Below are positions 1-14,340 of a stretch of 64,000 bases of DNA, in pieces (position 1 is the first letter of the stretch; every line of letters begins with the position of its first letter). Below the pieces are notes generated by a model. It did not search any database. It was given only the letters and a program-made list of their open reading frames with translations, and was not told where the DNA came from. This DNA comes from Bugula neritina (lineage: Eukaryota > Animalia > Bryozoa). The stretch covers positions 14,064,642 to 14,128,641 of the forward strand of contig OZ037770.1 in assembly GCA_964035545.1 (NCBI GenBank), given 5' to 3'. The position numbers were made by a program, and so were the translations under genes.

Positions 1-3000
1 TATTTTGCTAATATATAAATTGTTGAAATTATAATTTCGGGAGCAGCTGGAGTCTAAAGGTTTGAGGTTCAGGGCCAAAATGCATGAGTTAGATTCTGAA
101 GTACAATAATAATTTTTGTTAATTAAACTTCCAGCCTCAGAGACTTTTTACTCCTATTTTTAAGTTATGTATGTTACACTGTTATCATTTTTAATATCAT
201 GGGCATCGGTTTTTAACACCTTTTTTTCACAACATATATCATGTTAGTGATAGAAATAAAATCAATCAATCAATCAAGTACATGTTGACATCAGAAAGAG
301 CATCTGATCATAACTGACCCTGTGACAAGTATATAAGCATGGTTCTTAGCCCACTTCTAATATAACTGGTTTGCACAAGAATGGAGGTATTAAACAAACA
401 TGAGTTATCATTTACGTTATACAATTAATTCTTCACTATATTACTGAGGCAATTAAGATAGTATTGTTATAAATATTATATCTTGAAGTCAAACATTCGA
501 AATATAGTCAATTATTTTTGCTTTCACCTATTAGGCAACTGTGCTTAATGCAATTGTCTTTCCTTTCACCCCAGTAATTAAAGCTTCTATCCTAAGGCTA
601 TATGGTTATAACAATAATTATTATGTACATTGGTTGTTGCAACAAAAGTGGGACAACTTCCAATCACTTACAGCTAGAAAGTTATCATTTGATTCTACTG
701 TTAAATAATTTTTGTGGTTATTTATATGTGTAAGGTTTCTTATTTTTATTAAAATTCTTGAAATTATTATAAATTATTGTAGTTAATGAGATTTTTATTT
801 CCAAAACATATTGAGACACACTTACAAAGAAAGTTTTGCTATAGTTTATTCCAATCAAACTAGCCTATCAGTAATCGGGTAAACTGTCAAACCTAATTTA
901 AAAGTCTTTTAAAATTGAAATGAACACTTACCATGTTGATTAGCCTAAAAATTTATAATAAAAAAGTATCTTCTTGAATAGAATTCAGATTGAGAGAGCA
1001 CTGAAACCTGAGTTTATAAATTAAGGTGAATAGCAATGTGCAGAAGGCAATATCTACCATAATGAAGTATCGTCTGTAAAAAGTTTCTATTGCAATTCAA
1101 AATTGATTAATAGCGAAATCAAAATTTACAGATCAATTGTATTCAAACACCGCCTTTAAAAGAATGCATTTCCATAACTGGAATTATAAACAAAAGATGT
1201 TGGAGTATTTATTTATTTAGGATATTATTGCGTTTTAATATATAGATGTATTTATTGTCACGGCTAGACTGAAATAAAAGCGCACTGAGATAAATTATAA
1301 GTGCTAAGTATTAAGTTATAATTTGCAAGTTGCAAGTGAATAAACCAGTAGATAAATAACAGAAAATGTTGGGTTTATATACTAGTCTAAAAATTTTGCT
1401 AGAATCATTGTAGAAAAGCATAATGTAGCTAACATAGCTGTGATAATACAAGTAAAGTTATAATGAATTAGAAAAAGCTTTCCAAGCCCACGTATATAAT
1501 GTCTCAACAGATATCAAGTTTAGATATGAACAAAAAAGCGCTTAAATACTATTAACCACAAGAAAAGCTTTGCTATGCAATGACATTGTGAAGTTTTAGT
1601 TTTATATCAGTACCATTGCTATAATAGTTTATAAATTAAGTGACTATATGTAATATGCATAACATAAAAGTAATAACATGGTAAAAACACAGAGAAATTT
1701 AAACGTAAGACGTACAACCAATATCAATTTATAAATTCTAGGTAAAACCAATACCAGCAAATAATGAGGAAATATGCACCACCCCAAGGAGAGTAGATGC
1801 CACATATGCAGGTAATAGGAAACTCAATGATAACAGAAGTCAAACTTGCCAACCGCAATGAGGAAAAATCGCAACAGAAATATATGCCATGTACGCAAGC
1901 CAATTTTTCTTCCAATTATATCTCAAACCTTTGTAAGACTATTATTTTATTATTTTTCACGTTGTTATTGTATTAATCAAGCCTACATTATAGTTATAAG
2001 AAAATGGTGTTACAAGTTTGAAAATTTATTAAGCAACATTCAAACATTTATAAAATTATATTTTAAGCAATGTCACATTTTTGTAACAGTTAGTGGCCAC
2101 AACATAAAGGAACTATAATATGATATAAAGTTATTCTGAATACAGTATGACCAAACAATAATATAATTTAAACTGAAACAGGTCTTGTTCACAGATAATG
2201 CAATGTATGTTTTGCAAATCATATTTTTAAATATCTCGATGTTGTTATTTTCTTTTAAAAAAACTTAGTTTTGAATAAAAAAAAGAAAATCCTGCACCAT
2301 AGATAGTTTAGCATTGCTTTGGTAATCATATTATACCGGTCTTATGATTTGTGAAATGCGGCTTTGGAACATTTGCATCTTATATCTTATTCTGACTGTA
2401 AATATAAATACAATATGCTATAACGTGGCTCTGAAATCTGATGGGTAAAACAGCTGTTATGTTAGTTGTTTACCAGTTGTAAGTCGTTGCTGTATATTTG
2501 CTATAAATATGTTATTAACATGTGTACGTGCTTTAGAAGTTCTTGATTTAAGTGAAACCAACTAAAGTATATATAATATGGTTTCTGCTAATGAACAATC
2601 ACACCTAGAGAGTTTTGAATCATTAATTTAATAACTTTTGTTTAATAATTCTGCTTGGTGTAGGATGCATATTTTCAAGTCCTGAATTGCCCAATAAGAA
2701 TTTGCATTTACCGAGCTCTGTGTAAACTCTGTATACCATTAACAATTTATAGTGTACTTTCACAGCAGCTGCACGTATGTACCAAAACACCTCATATGTG
2801 TTAGAAGAGCTATGCAATATAAATTAAAAAATCAGTTTGGTACGTTTATAGCATTACATAAATTAAAGCTATATGTCATACAAATGGAATTTATTCTAAA
2901 TGGCATTTTTAGGTAACTTCTCTCTCATATTAAATAATTAATTCTTGTAATACTGTTTATAAATATTGCAAACAGAGCAAACTGTATTCACGCTACTCAA

Positions 3001-3068
3001 TTATGTCAAAACAGTGTGCTTCAAAATTCCATTGGCAACTTTAACATTAACATGTTGGATACGTAAGC

Positions 3069-3075
<7 letters not shown>

Positions 3076-3138
<63 letters not shown>
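3076..3138. repeat. (TA)n microsatellite
   Basis: Direct inspection. Confidence 0.95.
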
Positions 3139-3141
<3 letters not shown>

Positions 3142-3678
3142 TAAATTAAATGTTGTATTCTTAATGTGCTTATCCCAACTTTATTATAATTCAGTTAGTA
3201 GAGTCCACAACATGTTATAAAGAAATATAAGGATAATATAAATCAAAATTCATTTTTTAACTACTATACCATTGCATAGCAAAGTATATGTTATAGAGTG
3301 TATCTCAATAGTAAACGCTAATTTATTATTGCATTATGTTAAAAACAAACCCATTCTGAACCATCAAAAATGCTCTAAAAACAAGACTTGTTTTGCAATT
3401 AAAAAATATATGAATAATAATTAAAAGTTTATTTTTAAAACCAAGTTCCTTATATATTACTCATCAAATTGGCAAACTTTCAATTATTTATACTAAAATT
3501 ATTTGAATAAAATGAGATCACTTTTAATAAGCTTGTTGCCCAATAAGGAAGGAATGGAATCCTGCATGATGTCTTTCTAAAACTATTATATATATATACC
3601 AATACTTAGCTTGGAATCATTTCCAGACAATGAGTTGCTACCAAGCAACATATTTGCATAATTTTTAAAGAATTTTAG

Positions 3679-3686
3679 TATATAAA
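3679..3686 (+). promoter_or_regulatory. Putative TATA box of Cys-rich gene A
   Basis: TATATAAA(GG) about 60 nt upstream of the ATG at 3746. The AT-rich background makes this weak evidence on its own. Confidence 0.4.
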
Positions 3687-3745
3687 GGTCAGGATTTTAG
3701 TTCTTAATCATGACATTTGATAGCAGATTAGAATAAGTATCAACA

Positions 3746-5278
3746 ATGAATGTCTTTGCTATAACAATTCTTGCTTTTCTAGTTGCTTTCACAGCGTACA
3801 CTGAAGGTAAGAAGAGATAATTAAAAAAAACTTCACTATTCATATTTTTAAAGTTGATTCTAAATATTTTTACAATTGTAAAAATATTTGATAAAAATTT
3901 TTTTGTATAGGCAATATTTTTTTAAGTTCATTTAATAATTTAGTCTCGCACTGTTTAAAAATAGACCTTATTTTTTATGCCATTATACATCATCAATCAA
4001 AGTCTTTGCATGTAGCATGGGCATGGCATGTTTTTATTAATGGAGTGATTTTATTTGATATTCTTTAGTCAATGCAATCAATTGCCATTATAATACCAAT
4101 TATCAATGATTATTCATTATCAATTATTGGTTGTTTTTCTAATTCTCGGGTATAATATAATAGAAGCTGTGCTAAATTTTCCTTCAGAAAACATTGTCAC
4201 ATGCAACTAGCAAACTTGAAATTAAAGAAGCAGTTTTGTGCTTTGAAAAATATTTTTCTTTCAGAAAAAACTGGTTTCTTCTATTTGCCTTGTAGATTAT
4301 TGAGATAAAATGAACAAGTTGTCTTTAATTTAAACTAAATTTAGTTTGGCTTAATTTATATAGACACACAAAAGAATGATTATATTTGCACATGTACACA
4401 GCTCAGCATGAAAAATGTAAAACTTTATATTCAAACACAAAGGATTTCAATTCCACATTTATTCAAAAACATGTAACATGTAAAATCAAGTAAAGTAACA
4501 GGGGCAAATTACACAAGTATGTATATATAAGGAGCATAATCAGGTTTGAGAAACAAAGTATAATTATTAAATTTTGTTGAAATATTTTTAGCCTCTCTCC
4601 CCCACTGCCCCCACCCATGTCCTTTTAGTAGATGTGGAGCTTACTTCCCTGGTAACACACCTTACTCTTGTCCATCTGGCTATGTCAAGGATGCATGTGG
4701 CTGTGAGAAACAGGACTGTCAGTGTTGTAAGTTGGTCGTAGTTCTCTAATCACTATACATGATACAAAAGTATAGCTATGTATATAGTAACATGGTGTGT
4801 AGACTATTACTTTATAATGTAAAATTTAATCTTTCTATATATACATAGTTACATTGCTTTATTTTCTGTATGATTTTAGTTGGATGTCCCCCAACTGACT
4901 ACACAATATACTGTAGAGATGGATATAGAACACAGGGAGGTTGTCCAAACACAAACTCTTGTGGTAAGTATAGGCATAATACTACTAGCTCAGTTACTAA
5001 TATATTATAGCTATAAGTATAGTTGTATATTTGTATAAAAAGATTGTATAATGCCGTCTGATTTACATCTATTGCACCACTTTACATATTTACATGGTTT
5101 TCCAGTAACAAATGGTGTAGAGATTGGGTACAGATGCCCAAACATAGATGAGCCAGCCAATAACCCAAGTTCTTACACCTGTACACATAAGAGTCAGTGT
5201 GGCCCTGCAGGAAGACTTTGCTGTAAAGTATACAGTACTGGAGACAGAAGATGTGTTGATGGAATTTTGCTCGAGTAA
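3746..5278 (+). CDS. Secreted cysteine-rich protein A (signal peptide + 2 antistasin-like modules + 1 WAP-like module), putative serine-protease inhibitor, ~150 aa
   Basis: Four GT-AG exons 3746-3806, 4592-4726, 4880-4963, 5106-5278 (all phase-1 joins; 453 nt). Signal peptide MNVFAITILAFLVAFTAYTE; CPHPCPFSRC...SCPSGYVKDACGCEKQDCQC (antistasin-type C-x2-G-Y-x2-D-x2-GC-xn-CxC); CPPTDYTIYCRDGYRTQGGCPNTNSC; CPNIDEPANNPSSYTCTHKSQCGPAGRLCCKVYSTGDRRC. Exon-for-exon paralog at 9685-12936. AATAAA at 5356. Confidence 0.85.
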
Positions 5279-7770
5279 GATACTTATACATTGAATTGTT
5301 TGTTTTAAAAACACATTTAATATATATTTAAAGTCAAATCATATTATGTTTGGTGAATAAAGTTGCACATATACACAAAGTATTATTAGGATGTAAAGTA
5401 AATTAAAGAAATTAAAGAAAACAAACAATAAGGTATTTATCACATACAGAGACAAAGCTTAGATGTTGAGAAAAAAAGCTATAAACTACAAGAAAAGTTT
5501 TGCTATGCATTATTGTTGTATATAAGCCTTAGGTTCATCTCTCCATAATAATTGAGCAAGTAGAAAAGGTATGTTTATATGTGGTATATATATCAGCCTA
5601 TTATACTAGATATAGCATGTTGAACTATTATTTATTTTTAGACCTCTGTAGATGTCCTTTAAGATTCTCAGCTGATCGTCACAGAAACAAGCCTTAAAAT
5701 ATGAAGCTTAAAATAACTAAAATTTTTAATTTTAATAATTTTTAATTATCAAAAAATGTCACTAAATTACACAAATTAATTGTTTGTATTTACATTTTAA
5801 CAGCTTAACTTTTATGTCAATGTTTTCGTTTAATTAATAAAATCAATTAAACATTCTAACCCGTACTACATATAACAGTATATCTTCAAAAGCAGCTCTG
5901 CATTCAAACAATTACTGTACGTGTGCTTTCCAAAAGTAGTCAACTTTTACAGCTTGGTTTCATTTTCTAGCATAATATAGCTACTTTAAAGACAGCAAAA
6001 ATAATAATATTCCAAATATCTAACACTTTCCTATATAAAGCTGTGAGTTATCTTTCCTTCTCTATAATTATGCTTATATATTATGTTGCATACTAATAGA
6101 GTAGATAACTCCAGTCTTTATATAATCGCCATATCATTATATTATTACCTAACTTCGGCATTTCTTTTTTTTGTAACCGCTCATGATGCCATTGCAACCA
6201 ATCTTTTACTTGAAAAATAATTTATTTCAAAAATCTACACTTAAATGTTTTGCTCAGAGAGACTTTGTAAGCTTTTTAAGATAATATAATACTTCTTTTG
6301 AAAAAGTAAACTAACAGTTAATTTCAGTACTTTGTTTAAATGTATCAAGTTCGAAACCATGTTATTTCGCTAGTATATCATTATGTGAAACGCTAAGTGT
6401 GTGTGCAGCTATAGCACTTAGTTGAAATCTACTTGTGATGATAGAACACAAATCTATAAATACCTGTAATATAACTAATTATTAGGTATAACTTCGATTT
6501 AGTTTCTTGAAATTCTAGTGGGAGCACCAATTATCTTTAAAAGTTTGCAGTCTAGAATTTAAAGTAAAGTTTGACCATAAGTCTTTAACACATGATAATA
6601 TAAAATATTTGGTGCAACAGAACAAAGGTGTGACAACTTCAAATAACATAAAGTTTCCTTTACTTTCTCTACTTTGTTTTCACGGATTTTCCTACTTGCA
6701 AAATTTTTTATTATTTTATTGAACTATGAGATATATTATTACTGCTGTATTCTGTCAGCACGAATGCTGAATGGTACAAATGCCTACGTGTAGCACAGAT
6801 GCTGTAGGGTGGTTGCACAGATGGAGGACACAACTCAACCTTTTGCTTAATGCCAACAGTTTATATTTCTCACAAAACTCAAACTGTAAAAATTATTTGG
6901 ACAATAAAGTTTAAGTTGCCCGCATCTTTAACAAAAGGTAAATTGAGCTGTACTGACTCACTAAACAAAAGCTACCAGTAAAAAGCTATTGCAAAAGCTT
7001 TCACAAAAAGCTTTCCTCAAACAATCAAAAAGCATGTATTTTATGTATTTTATTGCATAATGAAACTTTCATTTTTAAAGCTATTGAAGCACATTTATAA
7101 AGACAGTTTTACTGCAGGCTATTCCAATCAAGCTAGACCATCAGTTACCAATTTTAAGCTCTTAACTCTAAAAATCTGTACATAATTAGAAAATAAAAAA
7201 AATTTCCAATTTATATTTTTCAATGCCAAGCATAACTTTTGAAAACTTAAACGTTACATATGCAATGCATTTTGCAACTTATACACTATTTGTATATGCA
7301 GTTTAAACTCTTACATGCACAGGTATATCACCTGCTGCATGCATCTACATGCTATATGCTGGCAGTATTTATATGTTTTGAATAGCATCAAAATATAATC
7401 CAAGTGACAAATTAAGCCGGCAGGTTTTAGAAAGCTTATAACTAATGCAGCAATTAGAACCTTTAGCTTTTTGGTGATCGTAGACCATCTCACCTGAATA
7501 AGTAAAGTAGTGTAAGGAAAGGCCCTGTTGTCTTTATTTTGTTTTGGAATAGTTCCTCAATCGCTTTAGATAATAAATATTTTGCTTATGGAGAACTTAA
7601 GCAGTGCAAGGGAAATAATGCTTTTGATCTATGGATGTCAAACAGATACCATATCTGATAGTAAATTAAGGAAGTAACTTTGAACTTGGAACATTTCCAA
7701 TGTGAGATGAAAGTAATTCGTAATATAACTATTTCAATGAACCTAAAGTGGAGGTAGAGTGGGATCTAGG

Positions 7771-8272
<502 letters not shown>

Positions 8273-9684
8273 TATACATGCATACTAACTTTTACTTGCT
8301 TCTTAAGATTTATTCACCTTATAGTCAATGACAAGACTATCTAACATTTTCATCAATCTAAATCCTAAGCTTATAACCATCTAAAGGTCAGAATTTAGGT
8401 TCAAAGTTCAGAATTCAGGTTCAAATATTGTAATTCAAGTTTAATCAAGTTCATCAGTGACTGCATGAGGTTTTTTTACATCATCGAAACTGCGAAACTC
8501 TGCTGGTCGACAGGAAAACTTTTTAAATAGCAGGCATGCATATTGCTATATTTTTCATTTTCAAAAACTACTTTTGCAGCCAACAATTTTAATTGAAAAT
8601 ATTTGAGATGCATGCCAATGCATAAATACATAGATATAGATCATATGCTTCCATGTCAGAGTTTAAAATGTAATATATAAATGCCATTGCCTAATTTTCA
8701 TAAAACAATTTATTATGCTCTATAAAATATTTAATTTAATTTTAATTGCTTTTCAAACAAGTGCAGATGCTTTTAGTTTGGTTTTTACTCTACAAGCTAA
8801 TCTTAATTAAATTCTAAAATGTTTTACAACTTTCCTACTGAAAATAACCGATTGAATTGAACTATTTGCAAAAATTCACACGTACTTATGTCCATTTGAT
8901 ACACTGCAGTGGTGTATGTATTCAAGTGCCAGCTCCTTCAACATTCAAATCTTTATTTACACAAGTTGTGCTTCCTTATATAATAATGAACTGAAAACGT
9001 ATTTATAACTAACTTTTTTGCAAATTTATAATTTTTGAATCTTATTTTCACAATCTTTAAACTAGAAACTATAATTCAAAATTACAGGCGTTATATTGGT
9101 TGTTTCTATTTTTCTCTAAACACTATAGACAGGAGCTGCAAAAAAAATTTTGCACAAATTATAAAAAGTTTACTAGAGTCTTAAAGTATATATGAGTAGT
9201 ATAGCTTATCCAAAACCTGCCCCTAAAATATCTTATGCATGTAATTAAAGTATTTTTGCCTAGGCCTAAGTGTAAATCTTTGTAAATGCTGAGAGAAATT
9301 GCATACTCAACAGTTTGAACTGTGAAAGTTTGGTTTTTCTACTCCAGCAAATCATAATGACTGTATAGGTTAAACATTATAGTGGCACATATAACAGCTT
9401 TATTAAAACACTTGAAATATTTATATTGTTTTTTTAGGAAATATTTATGGTTGCATATAAGTGGTTGTCAATGGTATATAATTGTGTTGTAATAATATGT
9501 ACCAGGATTACGGTGACACACTTCACCTATCTAGTCTGTGTGCTTTAGCCAACTCCACGTTAACTTGCACATCTGTCGTAATATTTCATTTGCATAAAAG
9601 TTCCTTTTACATAATTATGCACTAGGATAGTCTGAGCAATATAATTTCTGCATACGGACACTAAACTGCAGTGCCAAACTCAAC

Positions 9685-12600
9685 ATGACTGCTAATGGTC
9701 TACTACTCTTGCTAGCTCTGTGTGCATTAGAACTGTGTCTTGTACACTCTCAAGGTAAGTTTTAACATGCATTTTTCAAGTTCTTTTTATTTAAAAAGCT
9801 TTGACTGCATAAGTAAGAAAGTATACTGCTTTGAATTAAAGTACTTTTTCCTTCTGTGGTTCAAAGCTTTTGTTATAGTTATTTGGCGAAGCCTGCAGCA
9901 TTTTATTTGTTTTGGCTTGGAGGCTATTTTAGTTGTATTTTCTCTCGTAACTCAAAACTCCATAAACTCTAAATTATTTTGTTAAAACCTAATTAGTCAA
10001 ATAATAATATAACCCTTGAATTGCTTATCTAAAGCTTTATTGTAAGCTTTTTCTATATTTCTTCAAGTTCGTTCCAAAAATAATCAAGGAATGATTCATT
10101 AAAACTACATGTAATTATTTTTTGTATTTATAACTTTCTGTCTATATAGGCCTAACAACGTAAACAAAATAATTTAGTTAGTAATGAATGGATAGACTGC
10201 AAAAAATAATTGTAATTAATTTTGTCCCACGTTCATGTATTCATCGTAATTAAATCATAAACTGTCAATGATGACATATTTTAGCAGTATGCAAATACCA
10301 GTAATTAATATATGTAATAATATAACTTTATAGCTATTAAAGCCTGCTGTGACATATTCAAAGTATGTCCATAATATTTTATAAAAATGCATAATAACAA
10401 AACTACTTTCCTCCAAGTGGTATTTTGGCAATTATTGATATGATTATTTTTAGCAGATGTGCTGAATGAAAGCAGTTTTTTTAAAACCACAGCTTGAGTT
10501 TATCTTAGGCTATAAGTTTAATCTTATGGGTACTTCTGCCTACTATATAGCCATAGTTTCTGGGCCTATAGCTGTCTCTACCCCAACTATTGTTTATATA
10601 AACATTTCAATGAGAAATTATAAATTTACACTTGCATGCATGCATACATGTTTAAATCGCAGCTTACTTTACTTTAGCGAATCAGAAATTATATTCTAAA
10701 TAAAATAGTCACAATATTTTATGACTTATATCACAGTGCATGTCTACTGCTTGGCATTATGTGAATATGGATTTTTTATTCTATGCATGGGGACAGCGTC
10801 AATTGAATAAAAAACATAGCCATAATAGAAACTGTTTTTCATTCCATGCATGGAGATGTATAGTGAATATATACCCATAGCAACAACTTCCATAAGAAAA
10901 GTGATGACAATACTCATAGCTTAAAGCGTGTCGAAAAACTTATAATTGCTTTCACTGAGAGCCTTTCCATAACAGAAGTTATGTATGCAATAAGCTTGAA
11001 TCTCTGTAGCACATTGTGGTAGAGGTTGCCTACCTAGCAAATGTGGAATTCTTCACCACCTTGGACGAACACCGTATTCTTGCCCCAAAGGCTATGTCAA
11101 GGATGCTTGTGGGTGTGAACTACCAACTTGCCAGTGTGGTAAGATGTTCTCTATACTCATTATCTCAGTAAACATGTAAATCTTACACTTTCTTTCCGTT
11201 GCAAATTATTTGATAGTAAAAGTTGAAACACTATGACAACTATTTAATGTTTTATTCATTATTGTTACTTTGAAAAGTAAATTGTGCTGCATATCTATTT
11301 TATGTAGATTTATTCCTTCCTGGAAGCCATGTGGCTTCAGATAATGTTATGACTAATCGGCTTATCAAATTAATTAGGAAAGTGTGTGAGCATTTTGCTT
11401 CAATTATTGTATAGAATCCCATTAAATACGGCTTTGTCAGTGCTAAACTTTTTGATATTCAATTGTGTTACAATACTATATAAAATAATATTTGAGTATG
11501 TTTCATTAATTGCTCATTACTAATAGATTAGTGATAAGAGCTGTAGGTAGATTGCACCAAAGCAATGATCGATTAACTAAGAGTAGCTCCTTTAGAATTT
11601 ATATTCTATGCTCATCGAAAAATTGGTTCTAATTTATAGTGTTTTGTGTTTATAGCTGAATGTCCCCCATTTGATATGTCTGTGAAGTGTTACTATGGTT
11701 ACAGAACAAGTCGTGGTTGTCCTACAAACCGATGCAGTAAGTATAATCAAACTTTCGTTTTGGCTTATATAAATGTTTATAAAGTTTTTCTATCTTACTG
11801 TATTGAGAGACGAGGTACATGTTCTAAAAATAGTCAAGTATAATAATATAGTATAGGCTTACACTGGCTAACTTAAATTTTTTAATGGTTGCTGTTTTAG
11901 CCAAATTAATTAACTCAAGCCACTGCTTTAGTTTTTATAAACTAATGATTTTACAAAATGTCGGCTTTTCTAAAAATACATCAAACTTTTACATTTAGAT
12001 ATTACTAAACAATTATATATGCATTTCTGATAGTAACGGCACTTATATCTTTAACATGTATTCTAACGTATTCTAACATCTTGGCAGATACAAGGCTGCC
12101 TCGTCTGACAGCCCGATGTCCTAATAGTCAGGAACCGCAAGGTGAAAGGGCAGAGTTGTGCTCAAGAAAACATCACTGCTCAGCTCCTAAGCATTGCTGC
12201 CAGGCAGCAGAAGATGGTAGAATGCATTGCATGGCTGGCATGCCGTAAGTATTCTATGGTAGCATGTTCTAATAAAAGAGAATTTATAGTTTTCTTTCAT
12301 AATTTAAGCAGAATTAACCACTCACACTTGATTATGTTGCTATAAACTTGAGTAACCAAACCAAAATTAGGCTCCAGAGAGCTATAAGGCATCAAAGTAA
12401 TCTTGCAGAGTTGAACTTCTTATTGTTTCCAGTTTGCAGTTAGAAGCAATTTTCACATTCCCAAGAAGTTTAGGACTACATACTGAATCATATAACATTG
12501 AATCATATATATAGCATAATAATATAAATATAGTTTTTTTAAAATAATTTCATAATAACTTATGGAAGGGCAGGAGTACCAACTATGAATGCCTTTTATA

Positions 12601-12936
12601 AGACTTCAGCATTTTACAAATTATAGCTTTGCTTTCTTTATTATATATATACACACATATATACACACTCTATACAAGTTTGTACGTTGTTTACCAGCAG
12701 CAAATATTGCAAATATAAATAAAACAAAAACGCATGATCAAGTAGAGAGCTTCAACTCTGATAATTGTAGAGTAGAACCTGTAGCACCATTTCCCAGAAC
12801 ATGTGAGGGCTCTAGTCCCCCACCCGATGGTCAGCCAGAAGAACTTTGCAGTTTTTACAATCAGTGTCCTGTGGGGTATTCTTGCTGTAACATCAATCCA
12901 GGTAGACCGGACAACAGAAGGGTTTGTAGAAAGTAA
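9685..12936 (+). CDS. Secreted cysteine-rich protein B, paralog of A (signal peptide + 2 antistasin-like + 1 or 2 WAP-like modules)
   Basis: Exons 9685-9754 (MTANGLLLLLALCALELCLVHSQ), 11010-11138 (HCGRGCLPSKC...TPYSCPKGYVKDACGCELPTCQC), 11656-11736 (ECPPFDMSVKCYYGYRTSRGCPTNRC), 12088-12244/12248 (CPNSQEPQGERAELCSRKHHCSAPKHCCQAAEDGRMHC), 12771-12936 (CEGSSPPPDGQPEELCSFYNQCPVGYSCCNINPGRPDNRRVCRK*). All joins are GT-AG and in frame. TPYSCP.GYVKDACGCE is shared with gene A. Confidence 0.85.
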
Positions 12937-14340
12937 GTTATAGGTTATACTTCTGGAGACATGCAAGTAATTGATTTGAATATGAAGATATGAAGCAAAT
13001 AAACTCGCTATTCACTGCGGTGTCATTCTTTTGCATTGTGGGAATGGATGCTCTTACACGAACCTATAATTTATGGTTGTGACTTTATGCAATGCACCTG
13101 TTTCCAAACATGATATATCCAATGCAAAATCAATCCTAATAGCATCAAGTTTGTAAATGTATATACCAGTGATTATGCAATGCAAGTAATGCCATGCTGA
13201 TTCAAACTGTAGTAGAGCTATAATATAATAATATTATAGAAAATCTAATTAAAATTAAAGATTTTTCTTTCAAAATTGCTGAAAATATTCCTAATTGCTC
13301 TATCATTTACATATATACAGTTTATATATAAACTATATATGAATGATAGAGCAATTGCGGGAACATTGAAAGACATATATGTCTTTCAATGTTTGCACAT
13401 TTTTTACTGATTTCACGACTGACATTGAAAAAAAACTTGTGTAACAAAGCATAAAGTTATATATATATGGCAGCTTAGATGTTGCGAAATTCCATAACTA
13501 TGCGAAAGTAGGCACGTATAGCTTTTAAGTTGGATTTTATAAAAAACTTTTCAGCTTCGCTTCATCAGTCAAGTATAAAACAATGTGGGTATAGGACTAG
13601 AACCTTTGAAGAATACTAATGTTCATCAACTTACCTAAGCTTACCATAGCATTCGTCATACATATTAGCATTATTGAAATTCACTCTATAAACATTAAAT
13701 ACAATTTAAAACAGCCTTATAGAAGGAAATACCTCATATGTATGCTTACGCTAGTCATTAAGAAATACTTTTTTGGTGCCAAATGGCCTCGTTCTTGGCA
13801 AAGCATTGTCTTGTGTCATATAATGTATATACACAAATATTTTGGCCATTCTGTCATGAAGCATGCATATAAATTATGATAAACGATTCATTTGGCAATT
13901 GGTTTGTTCTATATGGCTTTAGACTAACTTGTAAATGAATAAATAAAATTTCCTTTTAGTCACTTTCTCATGCATATCCTAATATGACTAGATTTTAAAT
14001 TATTACTATTTGCTATTTGCTACACATTGGTTGTTTTATAGAAGGCTTATAATGTTTTACCAAGCAGAAGGAAAGCTGTTCAAACGCATTGTAAAACTTT
14101 AACTTAAACTCAAACAGCTTAAGTACCAATGTCACTTTCTCAGTATCTTAAAAAAAGTTTTTGCTATATAAAAGTTTATTTTGACCTCTTTACCGTGTTT
14201 GTGAAAGAAATAAAGCTTATTCTTGTTGCAAGCAACAGACATGTTCAATGCTGTTAATAAATGCAGGCTTTGTATATGATTTTTGGTTTTCAAATTGATA
14301 GTTATAGAATATACCGGCTTTCATTCAAATTCAAAGCTTC

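Noticed and set aside
1742-1861. Possible exon VKPIPANNEEICTTPRRVDATYAGNRKLNDNRSQTCQPQ*, faintly like the WAP-like modules; also considered as a NUMT on the minus strand
   Set aside because: Only two Cys and no CC pair, no partner exons found, and no recognisable mitochondrial protein.
2966-3220. YI-repeat ORFs here and at 16640-16903, 53734-54201 and 58050-58241
   Set aside because: (TA)n translation artefacts.
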